Positions 1 to 13,006 are shown, counted from the stretch's first letter. The stretch is DNA of 64,000 nt from Mobula hypostoma (GCF_963921235.1 NC_086108.1:93498001-93562000), one strand, 5' to 3'. Numbers and translations: made by a program. The notes: a model not told the origin generated them from the sequence alone.

Positions 1-699
1 GAGAGTGAGAGAAAGAATGTGTGTGTAAAAATAAGTAACAGATGGGGTACGAGGGGGAGGTGGGGCCTTAGCGGAAGTCAGAGAAGTCGATGTTCATGCC
101 ATCAGGTTGGAGGCTACCCAGACGGAATATAAGGTGTTGTTCCTCCAACCTGAGTGTGGCTTCATCTTTACAGTAGAGGAGGCCGTGGATAGACATGTCA
201 GAATGGGAATGGGATGTGGAATTAAAATGTGTGGCCACTGGGAGATCCTGCTTTCTCTGGCGGACAGAGCGTAGATGTTCAGCAAAGCGGTCTCCCAGTC
301 TGCGTCGGGTCTCGCCAATATATAAAAGGCCACATCGGGAGCACCGGACGCAGTATATCACCCCAGTCGACTCACAGGTGAAGTGTTGCCTCACCTGGAA
401 GGACTGTTTGGGGCCCTGAATGGTGGTAAGGGAGGAAGTGTAAGGGCATGTGTAGCACTTGTTCCGCTTACACGGATAAGTGCCAGGAGGGAGATCAGTG
501 GGGAGGGATGGGGGGGATGAATGGACAAGGGAGTTGCGTAGGGAGCGATCCATGCAGAATGCAGAGAGAGGGGGGGAGGGAAAGATGTGCTTAGTGGTGG
601 GATCCCGTTGGAGGTGGCGGAAATTACGGAGAATAATATGTTGGACCCGGAGGCTGGTGGGGTAGTAGGTGAGGACCAGGGGAACCCTATTCCTAGTGG
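1..699 (-). mobile_element. Penelope-like retroelement 3' part (Cys-rich linker + GIY-YIG endonuclease), runs off window edge
   Basis: ORF 68-553: CKRNKCYTC, VIYCVRCSRCGLLYIGET..RL..RF.EH, GMN; a Cys-rich linker is typical of the Neptune group. Confidence 0.93.
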
Positions 700-1878
700 A
701 AATTCCTCCGTCTCTGCCGCATCTGCTCTCAGGATGAGGCTTTTCATTCTAGGACGAGGGAGATGTCTTCCTTTTTTAAAGAAAGGGGCTTCCCTTCCTC
801 CACTATCAACTCTGCTCTTAAACACATCTCCCCCATTTCACGTACATCTGCTCTCACTCCATCCTCCCGCCACCCCACTAGGAATAGGGTTCCCCTGGTC
901 CTCACCTACCACCCCACCAGCCTCCGGGTCCAACATATTATTCTCCGTAACTTCCGTCACCTCCAACGGGATCCCACCACTAAGCACATCTTTCCCTCCC
1001 CCTCTCTCTGCATTCCGCAGGGATCGCTCCCTACGCAACTCCCTTGTCCGTTTGTCCCCCCCATCTCTCCCCACTGATCTCCCTCCTGGCACTTATCCGT
1101 GTAAGCGGAACAAGTGCTACACATGCCCTTACACTTCCTCCCTTACTACCATTCGGGGCCCCAAACAGTCCTTCCAGGTGAGGCAACACTTCACCTGTGA
1201 GGTGGCTGGGGTGATATGCTGTGTCCGGTGCTCCCGATGTGGCCTTTTATATATTGGCGAGACCCGACGCAGACTGGGAGACCGCTTTGCTGAACATCTA
1301 TGCTCTGTCCGCCAGAGAAAGCAGGATCTCCCAGTGGCCACACATTTTAATTCCATATCCCATTCCCATTCTGACATGTCTATCCACGGCCTCCTCTACT
1401 GTAAGGATGAAGCCACACTCAGGTTGGAGGAACAACACCTTATATTCCGTCTGGGTAGCCTCCAACCTGATGGCATGAACATCGACTTCTCTAACTTCCG
1501 CTAAGGCCCCACCTCCCCCTCGTACCCCATCCGCTTTTTATTTATATACACACATTCTTTCTCTCTTTCTCCTTTTTCTCCCTCTGTCCCTCTCACTTGG
1601 TTCCCCCCCCCCTTTTCTTTCTCCCCAGGCCTCCTGTCCCATGATCCTCTCGTATCCCCTTTTGCCTATCACCTGTCCAGCTCTTGGCTCTATCCCTCCC
1701 CCTCCTGTCTTCTCCTATCATTTCGGATCTCCCCCCCCCCTCCAACTTTCAAATCCCTTACTCACTCTTCCTTCAGTTAGTCCTGACGAAGGGTCTCGAC
1801 CTGAAACGTCGACTGCGCCTCTTCCTACAGATGCTGCCTGGCCTGCTGCGTTCACCAGCAACTTTGATGTGTGTTGCC
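700..1878 (+). mobile_element. Penelope-like retroelement, 5'-truncated (RT thumb, linker, GIY-YIG, 3' UTR)
   Basis: FLRLCRICS...RGFP...RVPLVLTYHP, frameshift in the C-run near 995-1005, then GIY-YIG to stop at 1504 and a pyrimidine-rich UTR. Confidence 0.93.
1778..1815 (+). ncRNA. Minimal type-I hammerhead ribozyme (PLE-associated)
   Basis: TAGTC-CTGACGA-AGG(GTCTCGA)CCT-GAAA-C-GTC^-GACTG; complete catalytic core, predicted cleavage after 1810. Confidence 0.85.
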
Positions 1879-3619
1879 ATAGTTTGGCCAAATTGTTTTT
1901 GAACTATTTAACTCTGAATGAGTAATTAGACGACATTGCTCACATAATTTGGTTTGAACTGTCACTTTTTGGCTAAATGAAAGGTATACCTGCGAAAGGG
2001 ATATTGCTACCAAAAAAAATCTTTTAACTAATGTAATTTATTCCAACTTGGTGTTGAACAAAACCTTTAAAAGTTAAGCTTTATGGCCTAATCAAGTGCA
2101 GAAAGTTGAAATATAAAATCTAACTTCAGTGATGTTTTTTGAATGTTTACACTCAATTCTTTTTTCCCGAATGTGGACCCAAAACCTGCGTTTTGCCTTG
2201 TCTTGCTGTAATCCCACCTCATTTTTTCCAGTTTCTCACAAAATAGACAGGGCTTGCATTGTGGCAGGACTATATCACCTCAACCAATCACAGTCCAATT
2301 TTTCAGTCACTTGTCCATGCCTGGCTTTCAGCCTGGTGTATGTTGCTTTCTCCTCCTCTCTCCCTTCATAAACCTCAGGTCTTAAATCTTCATAAATTAT
2401 AGGAAGAATAGACCAATGCATAATCTGGCAGAGCTATGAGGAATGACTCAGACAGCAAAGCAAACATAGACTCAATGAACTGAATGGCTTCTTTTGTAAG
2501 CAATTAAATATTCTATACATCTTGCTTTCAAGATTTTCATGAGATTTTTATGATTGTACAATCTGAAAAATATAGGCCCTACTTAGGTTTTCATGCTGAA
2601 CTGAACTATGAAGAGTGTCTAACAATTGAATTATCTTCCTGTTTTAATTTTTTTGGTATGTTCTCACTGAACAATTTTTTGTGTCTTGAATGTGTAGGCA
2701 TTGGGGCACATCTTTTACCTAATCTACTCCCACTTTAGGCAATTTCTCTGTTTTAACCCAGAGGAGAAGTAATGGTGGTTGTATATAATTTTTTTCAAAT
2801 CAGAGTCTGAAGCCATGGATGAGAACCTAGAGATGGGGGCATTCCAATGGACTTCCTTTTCTTGAACTGGATAGTAAATATCACATGTTTGGGAGGTGCT
2901 TCTGAAGCTGTGATGAGTTGCTGCTGTATACTTTACAGATGGCCCATGCCACAGACACGGTGCACCAGAAGAAAATGAATGCTTAAAATAAAAGAAGGGA
3001 TGTCATCAATCAGTTCTGGAATTGCACTCATCAGGCAGATGGAATATTCTATCAAAATTTTAGTTTTTACTTTTACAACTTCAGAATTAATTTGGCCAAT
3101 CAGTTTCTGTCTGGTTTTGTCCAATAGCATTCTGCAGAGATGTGCTACTGAATGTTACAAGGATTGTTTGTACACCTATGCCTCTTGGAAATATCAAACA
3201 AAATCTGTTACTTATCAGCCATAGCTTGAAAGCTGCTTGTAGGCTTAGACTGTCATTTTCTGAGGAATTACAGTTAGAAGGATTATCTAGGTGATGATGG
3301 TAATTGAAGCAGCTGAAGATGGTTGGAACTAGGACATTTTTCTGTACAATATTACAATTTTTTTCATTTGGCTGCGATTGACATCCAAGAAGTAAGAAAC
3401 ACAACTGTCTTTTTGTGTTACATTCAGTGGATGATTTTCCCTTTGATTCGATTGGCTTCAATTTTGCTAAAGGTCCTTGGTGCAAAATTTGGTTAAATGC
3501 TGTCTTTTTCATTCTTCACCCCGGTATTTAAATTTTTTGATTATTTTTACCTCATAAGGCATATCACTGATTTAGGTCATTCTCCCCGTTGTTTCTGCTG
3601 GCTGATCAGGCTGATTCAA

Positions 3620-4427
3620 TCAGGCTGATTTATTTCTCTTTCCCCCCCCCCCACCTCATTTTCCAGTCTTCTCCCTATAACCTTACTATCAACCTCCGCT
3701 TTAAATATGCGCAATGACTCGGCCTCTGCAACTGCCTGTGGGAATTAATTCCTCAACCTCTAGCTAAAGAAATTCCTCATCATCTCTCCATCCTCTGACT
3801 CCAGTAAGTACAGGGCCAGAGCCGTCAAACATTTCTCACATGTTAACATTCTCAACTCAGAATCAATCTTGTAAACCTCATCTGGATCCTCCAGCACATC
3901 GATCCTTAAATATGGGACCTCCTTAGTGCAAAAGGTTTAGGTGGGGCAGAATTTGTTGGGTGTGTCTGGAAAGGATTCCTGATGCAGTATATGGACAAGC
4001 TAACTAAAAGAAAGGCCATACTGGATCTAGTACAAGACAATGAACGTGGTCAGGTGATGGACCTCTCTATGGATGAGCATTTCAGAGCTCCCTAACCTTT
4101 AGCACAGCCATGGACAAAGATAAGAGCAGACAATATGGGAAAGTATCTAATTGGGGGAGGGCTAATTTCAAAGTTATTAGTCAGGAAATTGGGAGAGTAA
4201 ATTCAGTATAAATATTCTCGGGGAAGTGCATAGCAGAAATGTGGTTGGTTTGGAACCACTTGCTTGAGGTTATGTGTAGGTTTATCCCCTGATACAAGGA
4301 AAGGATGGTACGATAAAGGAGTCACAGCTAATGATAAAGGTGGAACGTTTAGTTAAGAGGAAGAAGGACGTATATTTAAGTTTTACAAAGCAAAAATCAA
4401 GCAAGCCTCTTGAGAATTGTAAGGTAT
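3620..4427. mobile_element. Decayed CR1-like LINE fragments (3' piece on -, endonuclease-region piece on +)
   Basis: similar to the CR1 copies at 13.3-15.2 kb and 36.7-39.5 kb. Confidence 0.6.
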
Positions 4428-5026
4428 CAGACATCCTACCCTGCAAAAACTCATTTCAGGGAGGTAGCATCATCAATTTGCGGGAGACTTCCGGGAGAGG
4501 TGGGATGTCTGCAATAGAGTAGCTCCTTAACAGCTAGCCAGCTAGTTTAAATAACGTTAGCTATGCTAATGAACGACTGACACCTGTTAAACTCACCACG
4601 TCTTTTGCAGTCTTAACCCACCATGGGCAATAGAAAAGTCACTGTTGCAAATAGTGCAGCGAGCAACACTGTCATTATTTTTGACCCCTATTAGGCAGGG
4701 GTACACTTTAGTGTAGTCTGGGGTGACGTACGTTTTATATTTTCTTTTGGAACACTCTGCCACTCTGACTTTTTTTGGAACTCTCTCGCTCTTTCTTGCT
4801 CTCACCCTCTCTCGCGCTTGCTTTCATGCGCGCTCTCGCGCTCTCTCTCGTTGCTCTCACTCGCGCTGGCTTTCTTGCCCTTGCTCTCGCTCTCTTGCGC
4901 GCGTTCTCTTATGCTCGCACTCAAAAAAATCAATTTCTGGGATATTGTATATAATTTGCAGGCATCAGGGAGCCACTATTAATTTGTGGGAGACTCCCAG
5001 AACTTCTGGGAGAGGTAGGATATCTG
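4428..5026 (-). mobile_element. Internally deleted hAT-like DNA transposon
   Basis: TIRs CAGACATCCTACC / GGTAGGATATCTG, flanking AGGTAT duplication, remnant ARCTICNSDFSIAHGG (BED-like finger). Confidence 0.75.
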
Positions 5027-5650
5027 AGGTATGCATGAAGGAGGTCACAAAAGAGACTGCATTGTCTATCCTCCTTGTTATTTCCTTAAGGTATTCCAAC
5101 AGCTTTGTCGGGCATGATTTCCCCTAAAAGCTGATTTAGGCCTATTTTAACTTGTGCTTCCAAATACCCTGAAACCTCATCCATAATAATGGACTTTAAA
5201 ATCTTACCAACTACTGAAGACAGGCTAATTAGCCCACGATCTCTTGTTTTTTGCCTCCCTCCCTTATAAGGAGGGAAAGAGAGAGTTTTTTTTCCCAGTT
5301 CTCTGGAACCATTCTGACTCTAGTGATTACTAAATAATCATGATTCTTAAATGATCACTACTGATGCTTCCACAGTCTTTTTAGCTACCAATTTCAGAAC
5401 ACAAGCCCATTTGGTCAGGTAAATTTCAGTTTCCCCAGCACCCTCTTAGTAATAAGAACTATGTTCACCTCTCTCCCTCTCTTCCCCCCCCCCCCCCCAC
5501 AACGCTTAAATTTCTGGCACGTTGACGTCATCTACGGAGAAAACTGATGTAAAATAGTCATTTAGTTCATCCGCCATATCTGCCATTCTCCATTACTACC
5601 TCTCCAGCATCATTTTACACACTCCCATGTCCAGTCTTTCACTTTATATA

Positions 5651-7926
5651 CAGTAGATTCTGGATTAATTGAGCCATTGGTTAATCAGGGCAGCCGCTTA
5701 TTTGGGACAACTCTTAAAGAACAAAAACAATTTGAGAAAATAGCCAGGTTTCACTTCATTTATTTGGGATGCTGCCACTTAATTGGGACAGGAGACTTGC
5801 TGAACAGTTTCTAACTAGAGTCAGTCACTTGCACGTGTTTGTGTTCAAAAAGCAGTGATTTTTGCCACAGCAGACAATTCAGAACTGTTTTGCTCACTAT
5901 GTATTCAAACATTCTAGGTTGCAGATACCAGAAATCGCCGGGAGTGAAAATGAAACTATTTCACTACTTCATCTGGTTAGGAACTATGAAGAATTTGAAA
6001 ATGACAGTCACCTTAAATGTCACAATGAAAATGAAGATTTGGAGGATACAGTTTTCAAAAACATTGCATGAAGGCAGTCCATTATCTGCACTAGGTGTCC
6101 GCGCTGATTTTGTTCACTTAAAGTCTATGAAAAGAACACTGCAGCATACACTGGATGAATTCCTCCGATAACTATTTTTCTAAGCTCCATGTATCTATCC
6201 AGGAGTCTCTTAAAAGACCCTATTGTTATTGTTTCCGCCTCCACCACCCCCGCCGGCAGCCCATTCCACGCATTCACCACTCTCTGCGTTTTTAAAAAAA
6301 CTTACCCTTGACATCTCCTCTGTACCTACTTCCAAGCACCTTAAAAATATGCCCTCTCCTAGCCATTTCAGCCCTGAGAAAACCCTCTGACTATCCACAC
6401 AATCAATGCCTCTCATTATCTTCTACACCTCTATCAGGTCACCTCTCATCCCCTGTCGCTCCAAGGAGAAAGGCTGACTTCACTCAACGTATTCTTATAA
6501 GGTATGCTGCCCAATCCAGGCAACATCCTTGTAAATCTCCTCTGCACCCTTTCTATGGTTTCCATGTCCTTCCTGTAGTGAGCGACCAGAATTGAGCACA
6601 GTACTCCAAGTGGGGTCTGACCAGGGTCCTATATAGCTGCAACATTACCTCTCAGCTCTTAAACTCAATCCCACGGTTGATGAAGGCCAATGCACCTTAT
6701 GCCTTCTTAACCGCAGAGTCAACCTACACCAAAGCTTTCAGTGTCCTATGGACTCGGACCTCAAGATCCTTCTGATCCTCCACACTGCCAAGAGTCTTAC
6801 CATTAATACTATATTCTGCCATCATATTTCCCCTACCAAAATGAACTACCTCACACTTATCTGGGTTGAATTCCATCTGCCACTTCTCAGCCCAGTTTTG
6901 CATCCTATCAATGTCCCACTGTAACCTCTGACAGCCTTCCATACTATCCACAGCACCATCAACCTTTGTGTCATCAGCAAATTTGCTAACCCATCCCTCC
7001 ACTTCCTCATGCAGGTCATTTATAAAAATCACAAAAAGAAGGGGTCCCAGAACAGATTCCTGAGGCACACCACTGGTCACCGACCTCGATACAGAATATG
7101 ACCCATCTACAACTACTCTTTGCCTTCTGTGGGCAAACCAGTTCTGGATCGACAAAGCAATGTCCCCTTGGATCCCATGCCACCTTCCTTTCTCAATAAG
7201 CCTTGCATTGGGTACATTATCAAATGCCTTGCTGAAATCCATATACACTACATCTATGGCTCTACCTTCATCAATGTGTTTAGTCACATCCTCAAAAATT
7301 CCAGTCAGGCTCGTAAGGCATGACCTGCCTTTGACAAAGCCATGCTGACTATTCCTAATCATATTATGCCTCTCCAAATGTTCATAAATCCTGCCTCTCA
7401 GGATTTTCTCCATCAACTTGCCAACTACTGAAGTAAGACTCACTGGCCTACAATTTCCTGGGCTATCTCTACTCTTTCTTGAATGACGGAACAAAATCCG
7501 CAACCCTCCAATCCTCCAGAACCTCTCCCGTCCTCATTGATGATGCACAGATTATCACCAGAGGCTCAGCAGTCTCCTCCCTAGGTTCCCACAGTAGCCT
7601 GGGGTACAACCCGTCTGATCCCGGTGACTTACCCAACTTGATGCTTTCCAAAAGCACCAGCACATTCTCTTCCTTAATATTTACATGCTCAAGCTTTTCA
7701 GTCCACTGCAAGTCATCCATACTATCACCAAGATCCTTTTCTCTAGGGATCTAATTTATTCTCTATTTCATTTAAATACTTAATTTATTACTCAGTTACA
7801 CCGTAGTTTCTCTTTTTTTTAAATACCTTTTAAATTATTTCTGTGGAACTTCGGCTGATTGGGGCAGCCGCTTAATTGGCTGAAATGTATTGGTCCTGAT
7901 GTGTCCCAATTAACTGGTATCCACTA
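5651..7926 (+). mobile_element. Non-autonomous pogo/Tigger-like element, split by a CR1 insertion
   Basis: TA|CAGTAGATTCTGGATTAATTG ... CAATTAACTGGTATCCACT termini, TIQNCF remnant; related copies at 22760 and 35235. Confidence 0.75.
6174..7745 (-). mobile_element. CR1 LINE ORF2 fragment (reverse transcriptase)
   Basis: ORF 6724-7503: RPVSLTSVVGK, QHGF, DFSKAFD, SGVPQESVLGP, FADD. Confidence 0.95.
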
Positions 7927-10039
7927 TGTTCGGAAAAAATTATGGTATCTTCTTGTATTATTCCCTAGCGTACCTTGACATTTCATCTTTTCTCCCCTTG
8001 TGGCTTTTTTAATTGCCTTCTGTTAGTTTTTTAAAAGTTTCCCAATTCTCTTAATTTCCTGCTACTATTTGCAATATTGTATGCCCCCTCCTTTTATGCT
8101 GGCTTTGACTTCCCTTACCACCTTGCCTCATCCTCGTACTCCTTTTAGAATGTGTTGTCGCCTTTGGGATGAAATAATCCTGCATTTCCTGAAGCTCTTG
8201 TTGTTGTACTCTACCATCATCCCTGCCAGGGTCACTTTCCAACCAATTCGGTCATCTCCTTTTCTCATGCCTCTGTAGTTACCTTTTACTCAACTGTAAA
8301 ACCAACGGATTTTTTCTTCCTCCCAAATTGCTGGGTGAATTCTATTATATTGTAATCACGGCCTCCTAAGGGTTCCTTTACCTTAAGTACTCTAATCAAA
8401 TCTGGTTCATTGTTTGAAACCAAATGTAGAATTGCCATTTCCCGAATCTACTGTTCAGAGGCTGCATATAACTCCCATCAGGGTCTTTTTACCTTTGCGG
8501 TTTCTTAACTCTATTCACAAGGATTCTGCACCTTTCTAAGGATTTGATTTTGTGCTTTTAACTAACTGAGCCACCCCACCACCTCTGCCATCTACTTTTT
8601 GATAGGATGTTTAGCTGTGGTCTTTCAGCCATGACTAATGTCCACATCATACTTGCCAATTTCACTGTGTGCATTCAAATATAACAGCTTTCATCCTGTA
8701 GTCACCACTCTTCTTCTCAAGTGTGTCTCCATGTTGTCTGAAGTTAATTTTTTTTCCTAAACTTTGTCTTTTTTAAATTCTGGATACTTCAGTAACTTCC
8801 CCTGCACTACTACTTCCTTTGACTCTATCCATATGTTTACTGTCTGTTGAGCCAATAGCCTCCACGATTTAGTTTACTAAAACCGTATCCAAGGCCCTTG
8901 TTATGTGATTCGCCAGGACCCTTGTCTCAGTATGGTTCAGTTGGACCCCGTCCCATCAGAACAGTTCCCTCCTTCCACAATATTGGTGCCAATGTTCCAC
9001 CTATTTAAGCCAACCTCCTTTACTAATCCTTGAGCCACAAATTTAACCCTCTAATTTTGTTGACCTTTTGCCAATTTGAACATGGCTCTGGAAGCATTAC
9101 AGAGATGATTACATTTTAGGTTCTACTTTTTAATTTAGTTCCTAACTGTTCACATTTCCTCAGCAGAACCTCTTTCCTTATTCATGTTGTTGGGACCCAC
9201 AAGGAGCACAACAACTGAATCTTTCCCATCCTGGTCCAAATTCCTCTGCAGGTCAGACATAGTGTCCCGAACCCAGGCACCAGGCAGGCAATACAGCCTG
9301 TGAGGCTCATGATCCTTGTGACAGAGAATTGTGTCTGTTCCCCTGACTATACTATCGCCAAATACAACTGTCTTTCTTTTCTCTCTCTCTCTCCTCTTTT
9401 CCCCCCGCCCCCCCCCCACCCTTGAATAGCTCCCTGAACCATGGAGTCACACTTGGGTTGCTCATGTTTGCTACAACTCACACTCTCATCTGCACAAGCA
9501 GCAAGAATCTCAGACCTGTTTGACAAGCTCAAGGACTGGGGTTCCTCCGATATTCCCTTACCTGCCTCAAATACTGTTACACTCTCTTATCCCTACCCAC
9601 AAACAGAAGTTGAAGTAGTTAATCCAATGCCTCTTGAATCATAGCAACATTCTCCCACTCCCTGGTCTGTCATAGTGTTTGAATCTTAGATTCCAGGTCA
9701 TCAAGTTTGAACCAGAGTTCCTCAACTAACCAACGCTTGCTGTAGATATATATTAGTGGTTGTAATTTGGTGCTCAACTGCAATGAGCTAAATTATTGTA
9801 GGATTGTGCAAATAGTATATCAGAGGAGATTGCTGATAACACTTGAGTATCACTTTGGTTGTCCGTGAGTTTTGTCCATATCTTCTTTGTAACACAGAAC
9901 GAGGCTACTTGACCCATTGAGTCTATTTTGGCTCATAAAACAATTCCACTCCCCTACTTATATTCTCTATAACCTACTCTTACAACATTCGGTCATTTCC
10001 CTTGGATTCTCCCACTTCCCTGCCCACTGGGAATAAATT

Positions 10040-10175
10040 ACTATAGCCATTAATTGCTAATAACTCAATTTTTCAAATGTGGAGGAAACCTACAAGGAGA
10101 ACATACAAACACAATACAGACAGCACCAGGTCAATATTGACCTCGAGTTTTGGCACTATTAGTTTTGTCACTCTG
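10040..10175 (-). mobile_element. Decayed V-SINE/HE1-like SINE
   Basis: reverse-complement similarity to 42022-42300. Confidence 0.45.
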
Positions 10176-10194
10176 CTGACTGAGATACCACACC

Positions 10195-10860
10195 AGGATT
10201 TTCTTGGGGTGTGCATTGGGCCCAAGCATCTTCAGCTGCTTCATCAATGACCAGCCTTCCATAATAAGGTTAGACCAAAATAGGTACATTATTAATGACT
10301 GTGTAATATTAATTCCCTTAGTAAATGCAAGTAAATGCCCTGTAGCGAGAATTGGACAGAACTTGAGCATCCATAGGTGAATCCAGCAACCGATATTTGG
10401 ATGTTGGAATACATTAACCTCCCCTCATAGCAATGATATTTATATAGCTAGTCAATTGGGCATCTGGTCCCAGGAGTCTAAGCGACTTGCCTTCTGACTT
10501 CTTGAAGCATTTTCACCATCTATAAGGTGGAAGTGAGAAGCATGATTGAATGATCTCTGCTTAGCTGGTAAAGTACAACTCTGCCAACTCAAAGCTCCAC
10601 GCTATCCAGGACAGAAATAAGCTTGATTGATAGCCTGTCCATCACCCTGTACATTTAGTCTCTTCACCACTGGCAGATCATGGATTCTGTTTCTACCAGT
10701 CATAGAATACATGACCAATAGACTGTTCAGTTGCAGCTCTCAGATCTGCAACCTCTACCCCTGAACTTCAGCCACTGCATTGAAATCTTTGATTCCTTCC
10801 CCAGCTGCACTGTGATTGCCTTCACTGGAAGGACAGCAGCATTTCAAGGCAGTTCACCCA
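10195..10860 (+). mobile_element. Highly decayed LINE RT/3' fragment
   Basis: translates to ALGPSIFSCFINDQ, resembling the RT motif upstream of YADD. Confidence 0.5.
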
Positions 10861-11475
10861 TATTTTTTGAGAGGGGTGGAAAATAAATGCAGGTCTTGCA
10901 TTTATGTCCAGATCCTAAATTGAAGTTGACTTTTTTTTCCCAAACAGGAAAAGTTAGGCAACTTTCCAAATTGTTACGATTAAAAACTATAGAAATGCAG
11001 CTCGTTCTGGAACCTTTCAGCATGAGAATCAGAATGTGATTGGGTTTCAGTTTGTATCAGGTGTTCTCAGCCTTCTGGTGCTATCATGTGTTGGTTTAAA
11101 AAAAAATAGGCTAAAGACTGGTTTCTGTGATTAAAAGGACCCACTAGTGGAAGAGACAGTTTTGAATGCCTTTGCCGTTCCACCATTAGAGTTGGGGATA
11201 TTCTTGAAGTTTGCAACGTGCCTTCTCTCCTGTCCTTGACAAACTCTCATATGCCTGAGCAAACAAGTAAGCAAAATAACTACACTGCAAAAGTACTTTT
11301 GGCTGTAATCTTCTTTGTTAAATCCTGTTGTGGTGAAAGGCACTAAATCAGTGCAGATCTCTTTTTCTTCTTTCTCTAACTGCCATTTGCAGGGAAGAGT
11401 GTCACTAATGTGTCATTTGATGGCTTATAGGTGTTTGCAATCTTATAATTGACCCACAAAATATCAATGAAATTA

Positions 11476-12360
11476 GTTGCATGTAACATATCCATCTCGC
11501 TGACAGTCAACACTAGTGCAGCTCAGAGATGCGTGCTTAGCTCCTTGCTCTACTCTCTCTACCATGACTGTGTGTCTAGGACAGCTCCAATGCTATCTAT
11601 AAATTTGCTGACAACAGAACTATTGGCAGAATTTCAGATGATGAATAGAGGAACGAGATATCAGCAAGTTGAGTGGTGTCAGAGCAGCAACCTTGCACTC
11701 GCAAGACCAAAGAACTGATTGTGGACTTTAGTCAGAAAGGGTAAGATGAAGGAACACACACCAGTCCTCATAGAGGGATTAGAAGTGGAAAGAGTGAGCA
11801 ATTTCAAGTTTCTGGATGTCAGTACATCTAAGGATCAATCCTGGGCCCAACATATCAATGCAGTTACAAAGAAGGCATGATAGTAGCTACATTTCATTTG
11901 GGTATGAGGAGATTTGTTACGTCACCAAAGACACTAGCAAATTTCTACAGATGTACAGTGGAGAGCATTTTAACTGACTGCATCACTGTCTGGTATGAAG
12001 GAGGGGGCACTACAGCACAGGATCAAAATAAGTTGCAGAGACTTGTAAACCTAGCTCCATCAGGGGTACTGGCCTCCATAATATCTAGGACATCTTCAAG
12101 GAGCGATGCCTGAAAAAGGCAGCATCCAACATTAAGGATCCCCATCACCCAGGACGCGCCCTCTTCTCATTGCTACCATCAGGGAAGAGGTACAGGAGCC
12201 TGAAGGCTCACACTCGAAAGATTCAGGAACGGTTTCTTCTGCTCTGCCATCAGATTTCTGAATGAATAGTGAACCCATGAACACTATCTCACTACTTTTT
12301 TTTGCACTATTTAATTTAATTATATTTACTGTAATTCACTTTATTTTCTCTCGTATTGCA
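11476..12360 (+). mobile_element. Rex1/Babar-type LINE 3' fragment
   Basis: AQRCVLSSLLYSLY.HDC and FYRCTVESILTDCITVWY motifs. Confidence 0.85.
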
Positions 12361-12532
12361 CACTACAGATATATTGCATATTACAGATCATTTCAACAGT
12401 GCATTGAGGTAAAGCAATAACGAGGGCAAAAATGTGTTACAGTACTGAGTGTATTGCAAGTTGACAATAAGATAAATTGTGAGATCAAAAGTCCTCTTAT
12501 CATGCTGGAGAACCATTCAATAGTCTTGAGTT

Positions 12533-13006
12533 ACAAAATACACGTGGACTAAGATGTTAACTGTCCTGCGCTGTCACCAGTGGGATCATCAGTTGATCTG
12601 CCACCTGTCTTCAGGAGTTTCGGCCTGCTTATGATCAAGACTCCCTCGAGGTGGTGGGCCAGCAGTGCTAAAGCACCATCTCCCACTGGTGAGCTTAAAA
12701 GCTTGGCATCTGCCTCTATCAGAGTTGTTGGTCACTTCCATCCAACAAATAATCTGCTCTTCAGGTGTCTATGCAACTACTGAAGGGTTTGCAAGATATG
12801 TATACACTGTCTGACTATCTGCCCCTCTGGACATACTTGGTCCACACCCATGCTGATCCTTTCTCTGCTGCCTCAGCTACAGCCCTGCTGGTTGACTTGA
12901 TCTCTCTCCTAGTGAAGCCAAGGTCACGCAGCCATTTCTGGAGAGTGAATGCAATAAACAAGTGGCTGCGTGACCTTGACTTCACTAGAAGAGACATCAA
13001 GTCAGC
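12533..13006 (-). mobile_element. 3' end of a restriction-like-endonuclease (Hero/NeSL-type) retroelement with 5' fold-back
   Basis: KWLRDLGFTRREIKSTSRAVAEAAEKGSAWVW resembles Hero-type ORF C-termini (from memory). Confidence 0.55.

Larger units (their letters stand above)
5040..9750 (-). mobile_element. Old CR1 LINE (ORF1 SGNH esterase, endonuclease and RT remnants), split by a Tigger-like element
   Basis: 9150-9419 reads VVFGDSIVRG...CLPGA.V...VVLLVGPNN; CR1-like sequence stops at 5650 and resumes near 7930. Confidence 0.75.

Noticed and set aside
587..1504. 305-aa ORF as a single novel gene
   Set aside because: It is chimeric: antisense left arm, an off-frame middle, and true PLE frame only after the frameshift near 1000.
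4780..4925. Degenerate (CTCGCG/CTCT)n tract as a CpG island or coding sequence
   Set aside because: It is low-complexity internal sequence of the hAT-like element.
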